Shown here: positions 12,615-25,627 of the stretch, piece by piece
Layout of the letters: every line of letters starts with the position of its first letter
Position numbering within the stretch: position 1 is the first letter of the stretch
Origin: Camelus dromedarius
Lineage: Eukaryota
Direction of reading: 5' to 3'
NCBI RefSeq assembly: GCF_036321535.1
Contig: NC_087437.1
Location: 113,586,001 to 113,650,000, forward strand
Length of the DNA stretch: 64,000 nucleotides
Translations under genes and position numbers: made by a program
The notes under the pieces: model-generated
Databases searched by the model: none
Told to the model about the DNA's origin: nothing
The model's input: the letters and a program-made list of their open reading frames with translations, nothing else

Positions 12615-13559
12615 CGTCATCTCCCCCTCTCCCTGCCTCCCATCTTTATCTCCAGACGTCCTGGACTTTCCCTTTGGCTCAAGTGCTGTCGTGGGATGAA
12701 CTGTTGGAATGAGGTGCTTAGCGCTGAGGCACCAGTTGTCTGCTCAGCCAGGAGTGGACAAAAAAAGAGTGAATTCAAGCATTTCAGAAAACCGGACTCC
12801 AACTTTATAAGAGCAGGGAGAAAATTCATGAAGAAAACCAGCTCATTAAAGAATGGAGTTTACAGGATGTCGACCCAGGGAAAGAACTTCAGGATGGGGA
12901 AGCATCACTAAAGAATTCATAAAAACAGGCCCTGGCCTTAAGCTTTCCTTTCGCTTGCCACACGCCTCTGTGACATAGGACACCAGACACCAAGCCATGT
13001 GTGTGGTTTCTTTGGGTAGAAATTGTAGGGTAACCTGACACTCAATTGTTAATTGGTTTTCCATTTGCTGACTATTACCCATGAGGCAATTCCTTTTCCA
13101 GAGATGATGCATTGTTTAGGGTAGAAGTCAGTGGTTCCTCTTCTCTTGTGTACGTTGGGTGGATGGGGCAACTCATTTCTCGTAAGGCTTTTCCTTTGAC
13201 TATAGCTGACTTGCTTTTATATTTGGACTCTGAATTCAGTAAGTTTCTCTTGCATTGATTTTGCCACTTATTTTTGGCGCCGACAGTAATTTGCACGCTT
13301 TTTTTGTGGTGTCATACACTGGGTATTTTAGAGCCTGTTAAGGGTGATGTTAGAGTGGGTTAAACACAGTGCCTGCCGTATAGCAGATACTTGAGCCATG
13401 TTGTCTGAAAAGAGTTTGCTCTGGGGACACAATTGAACTGCTTGTTGCACTGAAGATAGTCAGGGGGTTGAATCCATCCAGTTAATGGATTATCTAGTCT
13501 GCTAGCTCTGGCCATGTCTCTTCCAGAACAGTTATCCTCATCTTTTCCCAGGCATTAAT

Positions 13560-13710
13560 AACTATCTGGAGAGCTTTCTAAGAGTCATAAAGCCAAGGCT
13601 ACTTCCCAAACAAAATCAAATAAGAATCCCTTGGGGTGGGACCTAGTCACTGGTATTTCTGAAAAACTCGCCAAGTGATTCCAATAAACAGACCAGTTTG
13701 AGAACTATTT
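13560..13710. mobile_element. MER5-type hAT-Charlie MITE
   Basis: aaataagaatcccttggggtgggacctag...aagtgattccaataaacagaccagtttgagaactatt. Confidence 0.75.
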
Positions 13711-13721
13711 ACTAACTGTAG

Positions 13722-13925
13722 ACCTACACTATCCAGAAGTAGTTAGTAGTCTCATGTAGTAATTTATACTTAAATGAAAGTCATTTGAAATGAATTTCTC
13801 AGTTGCAATAGCCAATTTTCAAGTGGTCATTAGCCACACGTGGTTCGTGGCTACCATGAGGGACAGTGTACATTATAGAACTTGCCCATCCTTGCAAAAT
13901 GTTCCACTGGGCAGTGTTACTCTCG
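13722..13925. mobile_element. MER3-like hAT-Charlie MITE
   Basis: ctcagttgcaatagccaattttcaagtggtcattagccacacgtggttcgtggctacc...tagaacttgcccatccttgcaaaatgttccactgggcagtg. Confidence 0.8.
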
Positions 13926-15105
13926 AGTCTAGAGTTTTAGATTTATGTCTAGTTCTTCAATCTGAATGAAGACTGCATGACCACCCTGTCAATAGAATTT
14001 TAAGTAAAATATTCTTGTGCATTGTCATAATTTTTCTATCTTGATACCCATCTCTGAAAGGGTCAAATTATAGTTAGATGGCTAATTAAAATAACTTGAA
14101 CATTTCTGACCAAAAGTCCATCTTTCTTAGGAGATGGATGTACAGGCATGTCTTTCTTGAACCATGGTTGTGGTTGCCAAGCCCCTCAGAAGTGGAGGTC
14201 CTACCAGAATGCACTGATGGGTTCTGGGCTCAGAAAGGTTCCTACAGCCTTGCAAGTTTATTTCTTTAGATCTCTTTGGAGTTTCACTTTGTGAATAAAA
14301 TCCTCTTTAGAGTGGTCTGTTCTCTGCCCCAAATCCTTAAATCTGTGAGGAAGCATCTAGGCACGTGGATGAGGAATGTTTAATTCTTTCGTCCACTAAG
14401 GAAATTGCCATCAAAAAACAGAAGTTTAGAGGCAGATATCCTCTCAAGCTTAGTAATATAAATTATTAAATGCCATCCTTATTTGGAAAAATCAGATCTA
14501 TAAGTTAGAGTTTTCAACCAGCTCCTGAATTCATCATCATGTTTTTATTTAGGGGTTTGATTATCAAACATTCTTATAGCAACACTGTAGAATGACACAA
14601 GGTGGGATCCAGCAGTCTTCTTGGAAATAGCATAGTTTTGATCATTTGGCTCCACTTAAACTAATAGAAATAGACTTATTTCTGGAAATGTTTTTTGTTG
14701 GGAGGGGGATGAGAGATGGCAGAGAAGGAGGGCAGCCAGGGGGGTGTTGACCACTCTGCTTTTATCGAAGGCAGATGTTCGAAGTTTTGACTTTTTATGG
14801 GGCTGAGCACTGAGCTTCGTGTCTCCCAAGGCACCCAGATCAACCCTTCTCTGGAAAGACATTTCAGCTGAGCAGCATGACCACCAAGGGAGAGACTGGT
14901 GCTTCTTTTGATAAAATACCGATGAGGACAATTTTAAAGATACTCAATATATGGTTCATCTAAGAAAAGCAAGTGGCATGAGCAGAAACATTGGTTCTTC
15001 AAGAGAGAAAACTAAGAACCACCTTGAGACCCCTCAGAAGGGTCTAACTTTAATAATTTTTACTCAAGTCACTTTTCTGCTGTCCTATTTTATGTCCTTC
15101 ACCAA

Positions 15106-15140
15106 ACACACACACACACACAGACACACACACACACACA
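15106..15140 (+). repeat. (CA)n microsatellite, interrupted
   Basis: Seen directly. Confidence 0.95.
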
Positions 15141-16099
15141 AGCACATATGTGGGAGACTCCTCACAATGGATGTTTAGAGCTCTGAGTGGTGCTATCTAT
15201 GTATTCTTTGAACTATCGTCTTGGAAAACGTCTAATATTTGAGTATTCCTATGTAGACTGTAGCAGATGCAAAGAAGTATAAGGCGCAGTCCTTTGTTCT
15301 TTAAAGACAGACAATGCCCCATATCTAGAGGTAGTTACTCAATTCTAAAGTCATAACCATTCCTTTCTTGAGTTTTAGAAAGAAGATGACAGTTTTTCTC
15401 CCAGGAACTTTCATGGCTGGATCTGCCAGGTGATTCTGATTTACTAACCTCCGAGCTCACCAGGAAGTCCCAGCGGCAGTGAACAAAGCTGGCTGGGAAT
15501 TGGGAAGAGAAGCTTCATCCGTCACTCGCTTGTCTCTTGGGTTGGGGCCAGGTGGGTTTTGTTGTCTAGTAGGAGGGGTGTCTAGTTTAGCTCTGAGGTT
15601 TTCTGTGTGATGCTTGGAGCCCAGAATCCTGATGAATGTATAAAAGGAATTTTGAAGTGGTTTGGGATAGTTGTTCTTAAACACCTATGCCCTAGAGGTG
15701 ACTCACTCTTTTAAAATGCCTCCAATAATATTATTATTTTTCTAAGTGTCTGGAAGGTAGAACCTTTGTTTGCTAGGGATTATTTACATTTGAAAACAGG
15801 TTAATCAACATGTCTTTTTTAAAACAACTAACAGTAGCAATCAAAGAGTCAGAACCCAAGTTAGAGTCTGCTTCTTCTTTTCTGACAAGAAGACTAGAGG
15901 AAGGATGGCTGAATAAGGATCGTCTGGAGTCCCAACTCTGATTGATTGCTACTGGCTGAAGGATTCTGAGACCATGACTGATCAGGCATAGGAGGAGGGA
16001 GTGCTGTGATCAACTATTGATGTCTGCAATAGGCGAGGGGGAAAGCTGTGGCCATATACATGCCAGATGTTTCCAATCTCTGGATTAAGGAATTAGACA

Positions 16100-16620
16100 C
16101 TTGGAGAAGATGGTGAGAGATAAGGCAGTATAGGAAGATAAGGTTCATGTTGAAATTTGTACTTCATTCCCGAGGCAGAGGAGAGTCATGGGAAGAGTCT
16201 TGAACATGATAGAAATATGATCAGATTTAAGCTTTTAGGAAACCAACTTGGCAGATCTGTAAGAGGAATCAAAGTGGGACAGGGTAACCAATGGACGAGG
16301 AGTCCAAATAAAAAGACACAAGAAAAGGGCAGATGTAAGAAGCATGAGAACCACCCAGGTGCCAATGATACCCATGGGATTTCCTTTTCAGATGATTGAT
16401 TTATAGAGTTTTGTTCTTTTTATCTGTTCCCAAATAGAATGCCTTGTATACCACAGACATCATAAAAATGCTTAATGAATAATATATATGTGACAGAATG
16501 AATGAGGAAGTGAATGAAGGTCACAGGGAGGAGCTAGTTTTGAGGAAAAGAGGACAATTTTTATTTTAGACATTCTAAGTTTTCAGTGTTGGTAGAGCCT
16601 CTGTGGAAAAGATGTCCCCG
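16100..16620 (-). mobile_element. L2 fragments
   Basis: ggagagtcatgggaagagtcttgaaca...atgatcagattta; ttttattttagacattctaagttttcagtg. Confidence 0.55.
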
Positions 16621-16779
16621 GGCCGGATTAGTTCCCCAGGACTCTCTAACCACAATACCATTGAAAGATCGTAGGTCCCTCCTTCTAAAAAACTACCCTC
16701 AACACATGACTTTCCCTACAGCTGGGCCAAGATGCTCCTTCAGGAAACCATGCCAGAGGTCTTTACCCATTTAACACAA

Positions 16780-17030
16780 TGACCATTTATTGAGGACTCA
16801 ATTACATATTACTGTGATAGAATGTGCCATGAAAGTTTCACAATGCCCTAATACTGGGGAGAGTTGAGTTCCCCATTCTGCAGAAGCAGGGACTAAGCCT
16901 TGGAGAGGTTAAACCAACCACCAAAGTCCACATAGATCATTACTAACTCAAGAAGCAGAGCTGAGATTTAGACCTGAGTCTCTCTCCCTCCAAATTTTAC
17001 TCTTGTTCCATTTTCCCCCACTGCCTCTCA
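16780..17030 (-). mobile_element. MIR SINE
   Basis: accatttattgaggactc...ccccattctgcagaagcagggactaagccttggagaggttaa...gcagagctgagatttagacc. Confidence 0.75.
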
Positions 17031-18829
17031 CTACCAGATGATATATTCTAGAAAATGCTCATTCTTAGCTTTTGATTTCATGTTAACCGATCATGTCCAG
17101 TGGACCTTGCATCACCACCCCCCCCCCCATTTTCTATCCTTTCCTGCTTACTCACCAACTGGCCTCATCCCTGCTTCTCTGCCCAGTTCACCACTCTTTC
17201 CTGTTCTCCATCCCCATCTGTGCCCTGATTGCACCTGCACCCTCTTTTATATTCTCACTTTCTACTCCTAGTTTTCTCATGGGTACACAGGCATCTGTGG
17301 GCATAATGATCACACATATGTGATGCGGTCTAAGATAATTTGTGCAAGAAAATGTGGGACAAATATAGGTGCACTTGTGATATGTATTCAAGCAAAGCTG
17401 CTGGCTTTAAGCAGGGATTGGAAAGGTGTATGCACAAGACATTAACTGTTTTATCTTGGGAGATTGTTGGTTGGGGCCATCTTGATGGTGAAATTGTTTA
17501 GAGCTAAACACCTCTTCACCAACCTACAGGCCACTTGCCTTCTACAGACCTCCCAGTGCATAGGTGCCGTGAGATGTCTGCTTGTTACATGCCACAAATA
17601 GCCCTGCAGGTAGGAATCAGTGTTTTGAAATACGCACGTAACTAGGTCAGAGTACACCCAGTGCTCTGATACTGCTGACACTTATGTTTTCATTGACTCT
17701 AACACTTGCAGTCACTAATAATAAACCTGATGTGTGACATTTTTATGAGTGTTATCCATCCTTTACCAAATTTTGATATGCTTTTAAAAAAATGACTCCT
17801 AGCAAGTTGGAGTCATTAAGATTTATTACCAGAAAAGGAAGCAAATTCCATTGCCTTACTATGTTCAGCGTATATGGAGGTGAAAGTAGAAAGTGTTCAA
17901 GACCTATGTTCCTTTTTAAAGAAAAAGTTCCTGTGTCTTGCCCTCATCTTTGGTTTGCCTGGGCATGCAATACACTGCCAAAGGGAGCTTACCCAAGGGA
18001 GCGAGAATCTACCAGTTCAGCCTGGCCTTGACCTTCATGTTGTCCCAACTTGCTACATGTATGCTAGTCCAGCTTGCTTTATCTTGTCAGATGTTGGAAA
18101 GCTTGGCCTTGGAATCACTGAAGAGTTAAGATGTGAATCATGGGCTAACTCAGGTGCTGGTGCATTAGGGCACATGGAAGCCAAGTTTGAGAAGCAGAAA
18201 TGGAGGGTGCAGGGCCATCTTTGTGGCTGTTGGCTCTGCAGGTGCAGCTGCGACAGAGGAGGGTGTGATGGACTTCCGGAAGGAGGCTGTGTGGGTGTGA
18301 ATCAGGGAAGGAGGGTGAAGACAAGGGTGGGAGCCATGATGAAGAATGGGCACATGACCCCGGGGTTCCACAGAGATCTCACCAGTCAAGACTTTCCACC
18401 GCCCACCCGGAAATAGCAGTCATCTCCTTTCATTTCCCCCTCTTTCTTTTTTTTTCTTTCTGATTTTTCTTTATTCATTTTCTCTCTCTCTCTTTCCTTC
18501 AGTACCTTTTTTTTTTCCAGTTTGATTTTGTCTTCATTCAACATTTGATGATTTAAAATATGATCTTTTTACACCTAATGAATTCTTAACCCAATGACAT
18601 TTTTAAGAGGGAAATTAATAAAAAGGATTAGAGAGGAAACCAAAATATACTTCTATAATTAAAATAATCTGTTCCTCATATGTTCACTGATTCTAGTTGA
18701 TGGCTTTTGAGAAACAGAAAGAGAACCCAGAAATGCCCCCCCCCCCCCCGCTGTGGGCTCTCCTGCTACACCACAGTTTCCCTTTGCAGAGTCCCATCAG
18801 GGGTGAATTCTAATTAGGATGGAGTTGGA

Positions 18830-19055
18830 CTTAAATCTGGGACTTAAACCCAACTCCTATATTCAACATTACAGGACCTTGAGGTAAGTGCATAGTTTCT
18901 TAGTTCCACATTTGCTACTCAGACAATATCTTCACAAACGTACATGTTGTGGAAGTTTAGGGAAGATACATAAAATAGTGGGTAAATGTGCCTTTGAGCA
19001 TTTGCAACAGTGCTCTGGATTCGGAGATTTTTTACTGGCAGGAATAATAAGATAG
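18830..19055 (+). mobile_element. MIR SINE, diverged
   Basis: ggaccttgaggtaagtgcatagtttcttagttccacatttg...tgttgtggaagtttag. Confidence 0.55.
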
Positions 19056-19128
19056 GTACTAATGATGATCATCAAGTTGAACTAATCCCTCAGTGAGCAA
19101 GTTTGAAGCATTTGGTAAGCTGGCTAAG

Positions 19129-19346
19129 GTAAGGTTTCTTAACTTTGGAACTACTGACACTTCAGGATGGATAACTCTTTGCTGTGGAGAGCCGCCCTGT
19201 GCGATGCAGGATGTAGAGCAGCATCCCTGGCCTCTGTCTACCAGATGCCAGGAGCACCCCCGACCAATGATATAATGACCAAAAACATCTCCAGATGTTG
19301 CCAGGTGTTCTCTGCTGGGCGATATCACCCCAGTTGAGAAACACTG
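19129..19346 (+). mobile_element. MER20 hAT-Charlie element, near full length
   Basis: gtttcttaac...ggataactctttgctgtgg...gcagcatccctggcctctgtctaccagatgccag...accaaaaacatctccagatgttgcca...cccagttgagaaacactg. Confidence 0.92.
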
Positions 19347-21669
19347 GGCTACAAGATGCCCAGTACAGCTAGAAGCTGTCTCTCTCACATTAATGTTTTG
19401 AATAAAAGTCAGAAAGCAAACATAACAGATACCCCTATAAACAGCAAAGCAGGCTGATGCAGTTGGTGTACACAGAAGTGTGTTTGCCAATGTTTACACA
19501 GCACACATAGCTCTACTCAGCTCCAGCCAGCGATACACAGAATTCAGCTTACTCTCGGTCCACACTTAGAGGAGACTAACAGGAGGGGGAGAAAAGCCAG
19601 GAGGCTTCCCTTCCAGAAGCCCCATCCTGTATCCAAATGCATACGTGAGCACCGGCTGTGGATTGATTTACAATCCGAACACTGTTTGTCCACATACATC
19701 AAATAAAATCTGAGACTTACAGACACAAGCTGACGTGTTCATTTCCCCCCCTCAATTCATTTGTGATAACCATTGAGAATTCAGCCTCTCTGTTTTTTTT
19801 TTTTTTAACAATAGCACTCTGTCATTTCCGGAAAATGTTTTAAATTAGTGTAAAACTTAGCTAAATTTAGCTTTTATAGAAGAAAGCATAAAACATAATT
19901 AACTGTTTAAAGAAGAAAACAGAAACCACATGAAGGCATGAGACTTGCTGGCGAGAAATCTAACAGTAGTGTTTGGTAGCTAACCCATCTCCTGTGTAAC
20001 AGATGTTCGTGAATCTAAATAGAAACAGGATAGGCATCTGTGGAGAAGGCGTTGGTGATAAAAAGCTGGTAACTGCATACACGTAGGAGTCGGGTACAAG
20101 GGCGGTATTTCGTCTCTAATTGCCCAGAGGTGGGTTTGCAAAGACACTGGAGTGGACGGAGGGAAAAAAATTGCGGTGTGGCCAGAAATATCAACAGATA
20201 GCAGGGACCCGGCCAACAGGCTGCTGAGTGAGTACAGTTTGCTTGCTTATAATTGCCGGCCCAGGAAGAGCAAGCACTCTGTTGCAAGACTCTGGAGGCA
20301 TCAGTCCCATCTCCTGCAATTTCTATGTAAATACTTGCAAGTTGAGAAGAACTATCTTTTTTTCTCTTCCTCTCCAGACTACTATTTAGGGCTGTTTAGT
20401 GGGAAAAGGGGTTAATTTGATTTAAAAGCTAAAAATGATTCTCTGTGGGGCTTCAAAAAAAAGCATTAAAAAAATTCTCCGTAGAACAGAGAGAGACAAA
20501 GGAGACTATTGTCCCCCTGACCTAGGCGTGCCATTTCTCTTTCCTCAGTGCACAGACAGAGGGCTTGGCCCAAAGCAAGAAAGATTATGCACAGATGGGC
20601 CTAATCTTTGTCACCTAATAAAGATTCATTTAATCAAAGGCCAGGTTATCATTTATTCTGCTGGACTGACTAATGCAACATTGCCTCTTTAATGCAGCCT
20701 TTTCTCAATACTCCAACAATTACAGTTATTATTATTGTTGTTGTTACTGTAATATTTTTAAAACACAGATGGACCTGGGAGAGTGCCACTGTGACACTGT
20801 GGCTGTGAGCCAAAAAAACTACAATAATCTATTGTTGAGGGCTGGAATGCCCTGGGTGACTCACAGAGGCTTGGGGGTAATGTGTCTGAAATGATCCCAA
20901 TGACTTAATCGACTAGCTCAGCTTTCATTCCTCAGTCTCCACCTTTTCTCTCCTTTGAAATAAATACATAAATGAAATGAATACTGAATAAATTATGAAT
21001 CAATTATAAATCAGTGAATAACACCTGAAATAAATTAATCATGAATGACGTAACTAGTAAGCACCTTGTAAGGTGACCTCATTAACCGTCACTTTCTATT
21101 TGAGGTCACTCTAAACAGTCCAGGAATGGTTTTCTTCAGCTGGAAAAACAAATCTAAAAAATTGGACCCTAAAATGTTTTGAGGCTCAATGTGCAGGTTT
21201 GGGGTGCACTTTTTAATGTCATACCTCATCCTTTGCCCATATGTATCAGATACGATTTTTTTCCCCAGCAGTTTCATGCCAATTACATTTCCAGGGGAAC
21301 TAAAGTTGTTATATTTTTCTTTTTTCACTGAAGAGTACTCGCGTTCAAAACCAAAAGTAAGTGAATTCTCTCAGAACTTAATTTGTAGCTGAATGATTCA
21401 GTCTCTAATTTAGGAGCAAACTGGCTTTGATTAGAATGAGAATCGGAATAATTGTTTATCTCTTAAGCTTGGGTCCATTCTCTCAGTCTGACGTCTTGCT
21501 CCGGGTCCTGCAGACAAATTTTGTTTCCTACCTCCTCTCAGTTTTTTCCTGCTATGTATTTGCTCTTCTTCCCCCACCCCCCCGGAACTCAATGCTTTTC
21601 TATATGTGGGGATCCTTCTGACCTGTCAAACGCCACATCTGCCAAAGTGCTGACACACATTGTTTAAAA

Positions 21670-23085
21670 ACAAGGATGGTTTCAACCAATGGTGCTGGAA
21701 CCACTGGACATCCACATGCAAAAAAAAGACCTAGACATAGACCTTACATCCGTCACAAAAATGAACTCAGAATAAATCATAGACCTAAATGTGAAAAAAA
21801 AAAAAAACTGTAGCACTCCTAGAAGAAATGTAGTAGAAACCCAGATGACTTTGGGTGTGATCACAACATTTACATACAACAACAGGGGCATGATCCTCAA
21901 AAGAAATGACTGGTATGCTGGACTTCATTAAAATGAAAAACTTGTGCTCTGTGAATGACGATATTGAGAGAATGAGAAGACAAGCCACAAAGTGGGAGAA
22001 AATATTTGTGAAAGCCACGTCTGATAAAAGACTATTATTACCTGAAATACACAAAGAACTCTTAAAACTCAACAATAAGAAAACAAATAATCCAATTAAA
22101 AAACGGGCCAAAGACCTTCACAGATATCTCACCAACGAAGATGTACAGATGGCAAATAAGGACGTGAAAACATGCTGCACATCATTCATCATCAGGGAAA
22201 TGTAAATTGAAACAACAGTGAGACGTCACTACGCCCCTGTTAGAGTGGCCAAAATATAAAACACTGACAACACCAAACGCTGAAGACGATGTTGAGCAAC
22301 AGGAGCTCTCATTTATTGCTGGTGGGAATGCAAAATGGTACAGCCAACGGTGGAAGACAGTTTGGAAGTTATTTCACAAAACTAAACATACTCTTAATAT
22401 ATGATCCAGCAATCTTCCTCCTTGGTATTTACCCAAAGGAGTTGAAAACTAAAGTCCACACAAAAACCTGCACACGAATGTTTATTGTAGCTTTATTCAT
22501 AATTGCTAAAACTTGAAAGCAACCAAGATGTCCTTCAATAGATGAATGGATAAACACCAGACAATTGACTGCTATTCAGTATTAAAAAGAAATGAGTCAT
22601 CAAGCTACAAACAGATGCGAAGGAATCTTAAAGACACAGTACTCAGTGAAAGAAGCCAGGCTCAACAGGCGCCGTACTATATGACATTCTGAAAAAGACA
22701 AAACCATGGACAGAGTAAAAAGATCAGTGGTTGCCGGGGGCTGGGGATAGAAAATAGGATTGAATAGGCAGAACACAGGGGATTTTTAGGGCAGTGGAAA
22801 TGTTTGTGTGATACCATAATGGGTACATCTCATTGTACATTTGTCCAAACCCATAGGATATACAAACACCAAGGTGAATCTAAATGTAAACTACGGACTT
22901 TGGGTGATAATGTGTTATTGTAGGCTCATCAGTTGTAACAAATGTACCTGGCTGGTGGAGGATGTTCATTACGGAGGCTACGCATAGGTAGGGGCAGAGA
23001 GTATATGGGAAATCTCTGTACCCCACCCCCTCATTTTGCTGTGAACCTAAAACTGCTCTAAAAAATAAAGTCTTACTTTAAAAAG
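21670..23085 (+). mobile_element. L1MC-type LINE-1: degenerate ORF2 C-terminus plus 3'UTR
   Basis: ORFs 21906-22205 (KNLCSVNDDIERMRRQATKWEKIF) and 22289-22516 (YDPAIFLLGIYPKELKT...CTRMFIVALFIIAK) are L1 ORF2-like; 3' end ttttgctgtgaacctaaaactgctctaaaaaataaagtc. Confidence 0.93.
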
Positions 23086-24876
23086 TTAATAATAATAATA
23101 AAAGGTTGGAAAAGTTGGCCATTCAATAAAATCACTGTAACAAATGCCATTCTCTTTTTTCTCAACACTTTTTTTTGTGCTTGATATTATTTGTAATAAT
23201 CCTTTATTATGTCTTTGCCTGTATTTAGAGGAGCAAAAGGGAATAACCTTCTGATGATTATTTTTTGTCAAATAGGCTCCTGAGAATATTCTGATGATAA
23301 AGTATCACCTTGGTTTTGCTACTTATCTGGCCAAGTGTTGGGACCAAAGGGATTTATGTATTCTACTGGCAAAAATAATTCCAAAGAAAACATATATTTA
23401 TCACTATTTTTCTAGACTCAGTTCAGATAAAGGCAAATTTCATATCTTAAAATTTTTCTTCAGAAAAGTTTTATAGGTGAAATTTATAAACAAGTTGGAT
23501 GACTAATCAATGAGCCTACTATGCTAGCATTTGATATTTAAAAAAATGATTAATATAACCTATAGGTATCTTCTGTATTAGAGATTTCTAATGGATTTTT
23601 CATTAAAAAATTTATCCCAGGGGGAAAATTTCCAGAAATACAATTTAATATTTAGCTAGGTGCAATAGATACACTTTGTCGTTCTAACAGCCACCTCCTA
23701 GACAGCCACAGAAGATGAACAAAATATTATTACTTCACAGCGGAAATGACCACATCTGTTGGATTGCCAGTTGTCAGTAGCATCAGTTTGTTTCTATGCT
23801 GTCCATCAATGGATTTATCTGTTGCTAAAACGGACTTTGAATTCTTCCATTGGTGAAGAACGCAGTGATCATACAGCAAGATATGGCACGTGTGATAAAA
23901 GAGATTTCATTCTGGCCAGCCGGATTACACCTGTCATGTCAGCATGAGAGGAGACACAGCAATGCCCTAGTCTCAGTCTTGAGTACCCTCAATATTGCCC
24001 TTGGGCGCCTGGGTCCAGCCTGTCAGGAAGGTAGAGAATTTAAGCACCAGGAATCAATCTCCCAAGACAGGGGCTGCTAGAGACTGCTTAAAACCTTCCA
24101 CCCAGGGAGTCTGAACACATATGCAAAAGCAGGAGCCTGTGGAAGCAGAGCTGCCCATGTTGTGTGTGTGTGTGTGTGGGGGGGGATGCTAGACCCGCAC
24201 CAGCTTCTGCACAGGTGGTTTGGAAAACTCTGGAGCATTTCAAGTTCTGTGATCTTTGCATCACTTTGTTTCCAGGTTTATTTTTTTCTTTCCTCTCAGA
24301 CAAGATCTTTCAGGTTAGCTTAGCAATTGTGCAGTATGCAACCACGTGCAGCTCTCCCCTGCATATTTCCTTTTGTTTGTTATTTAAAAGAGGAATCAAC
24401 AGCCACCACCCATTTATTGATCTGCCACAAAGAGACAGGGATGTTTCAACCTTATAACTTTTCTAAATTCTTTTCAGAGTCAAAAAAAAAAAAAAGTGTT
24501 AGCTTCTTCTGGTCCATAGTCAACCCCTCCTGATTTTGCTTTGCATGTCTAATGGGTGGCATGAGATGAGAAATAATTCCAGAAAGTGGCTCCTGAGAAT
24601 CTCATGGAATGGAAGCTGCCAATGGGGTAGAAACATTAATGACTTAATGAGGCAAATTAATAATGGCGGTGCCCACATAAGCCACAGTCCAGAATTCTTG
24701 GGCCATAAGTAAAGTGTGGCTTGCGGTATGTCAAGTGGGAAGGACTCTTCAGTTCCTTAGTGTCCCAACTAGATGGTTTCTGTTAGTCATCAAAACCTAG
24801 AATTTCTCAACCCAAGTTCTAAACACACAGAAGATAATACATAGCACATAAAAGGAATAATTACCTTCATGATTTT

Positions 24877-25627
24877 CCCTACACCCTCTCCAGCATTTAT
24901 TGTTTGGTAATAATCAGTAATTTGCTGAAGACAGTGTGGAGGTTCCTTAAAAAACCAAAAATAGAGTTATCATATGATCCAACAACCCTACTCCTAGGCA
25001 TATATCTGGAGAAAACTCTAATTCAAAAAGACACATGCACCCCAATGTTCATAGCAGTACTATTAACGATAGCCAAGACATGGAAACAACCTAAATGTCC
25101 ATCGACAGATGAATGGATAAAGAAGTTGTGGTACATATACATATACACAATGGAATATTACTCAGCCATAAAAAAGAATGAAATAATGCCACTTGCAGCA
25201 AAATGGATGGACCTAGAGATGATCATATTAGGTGAAGTCAGTCAGGCAGAGAAAGACAAATATCATATGATATCACTTATATGTGGAATCTAAAAAGAAA
25301 TGATACAAATTTAATTTCCAAACTAAAAACAGATTCACAGACATAGGAAACAAACTACGGTTACCAAAGGGGAAAGTGGGGGAAGGATAAAGTAGGAGTT
25401 TGGGATTAACAGATACACATTAGCATATATAAAAGATAAACCACAAGGGCCTGCAGTGTAGTACAGGAAACTATATTCAATTTCTTGTGATAACATATAA
25501 TGGAAAAGAATCTGAAAATATGTATGTATATGTGAGTATATGTATAACTGAATCGCTTTGTTGTACACCCGAAACTAACATTGTAAATCAATCACACTGC
25601 AATAAAAAATAAAATTTAAATTTAAAA
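24877..25627 (+). mobile_element. 5'-truncated, 5'-inverted lineage-specific L1
   Basis: ORF 24904-25293 is the L1 ORF2 C-terminus (KTVWRFLKK...CTPMFIA...KTWKQPKCPSTDEWIKK); 3'UTR and A-rich tail follow; degenerate TSD at 24859-24876 / 25628-25645. Confidence 0.92.

Noticed and set aside
17874..18416. 180-aa ORF
   Set aside because: No recognisable domain, Cys/Gly-rich random-like composition and no splice context; its length is compatible with chance.
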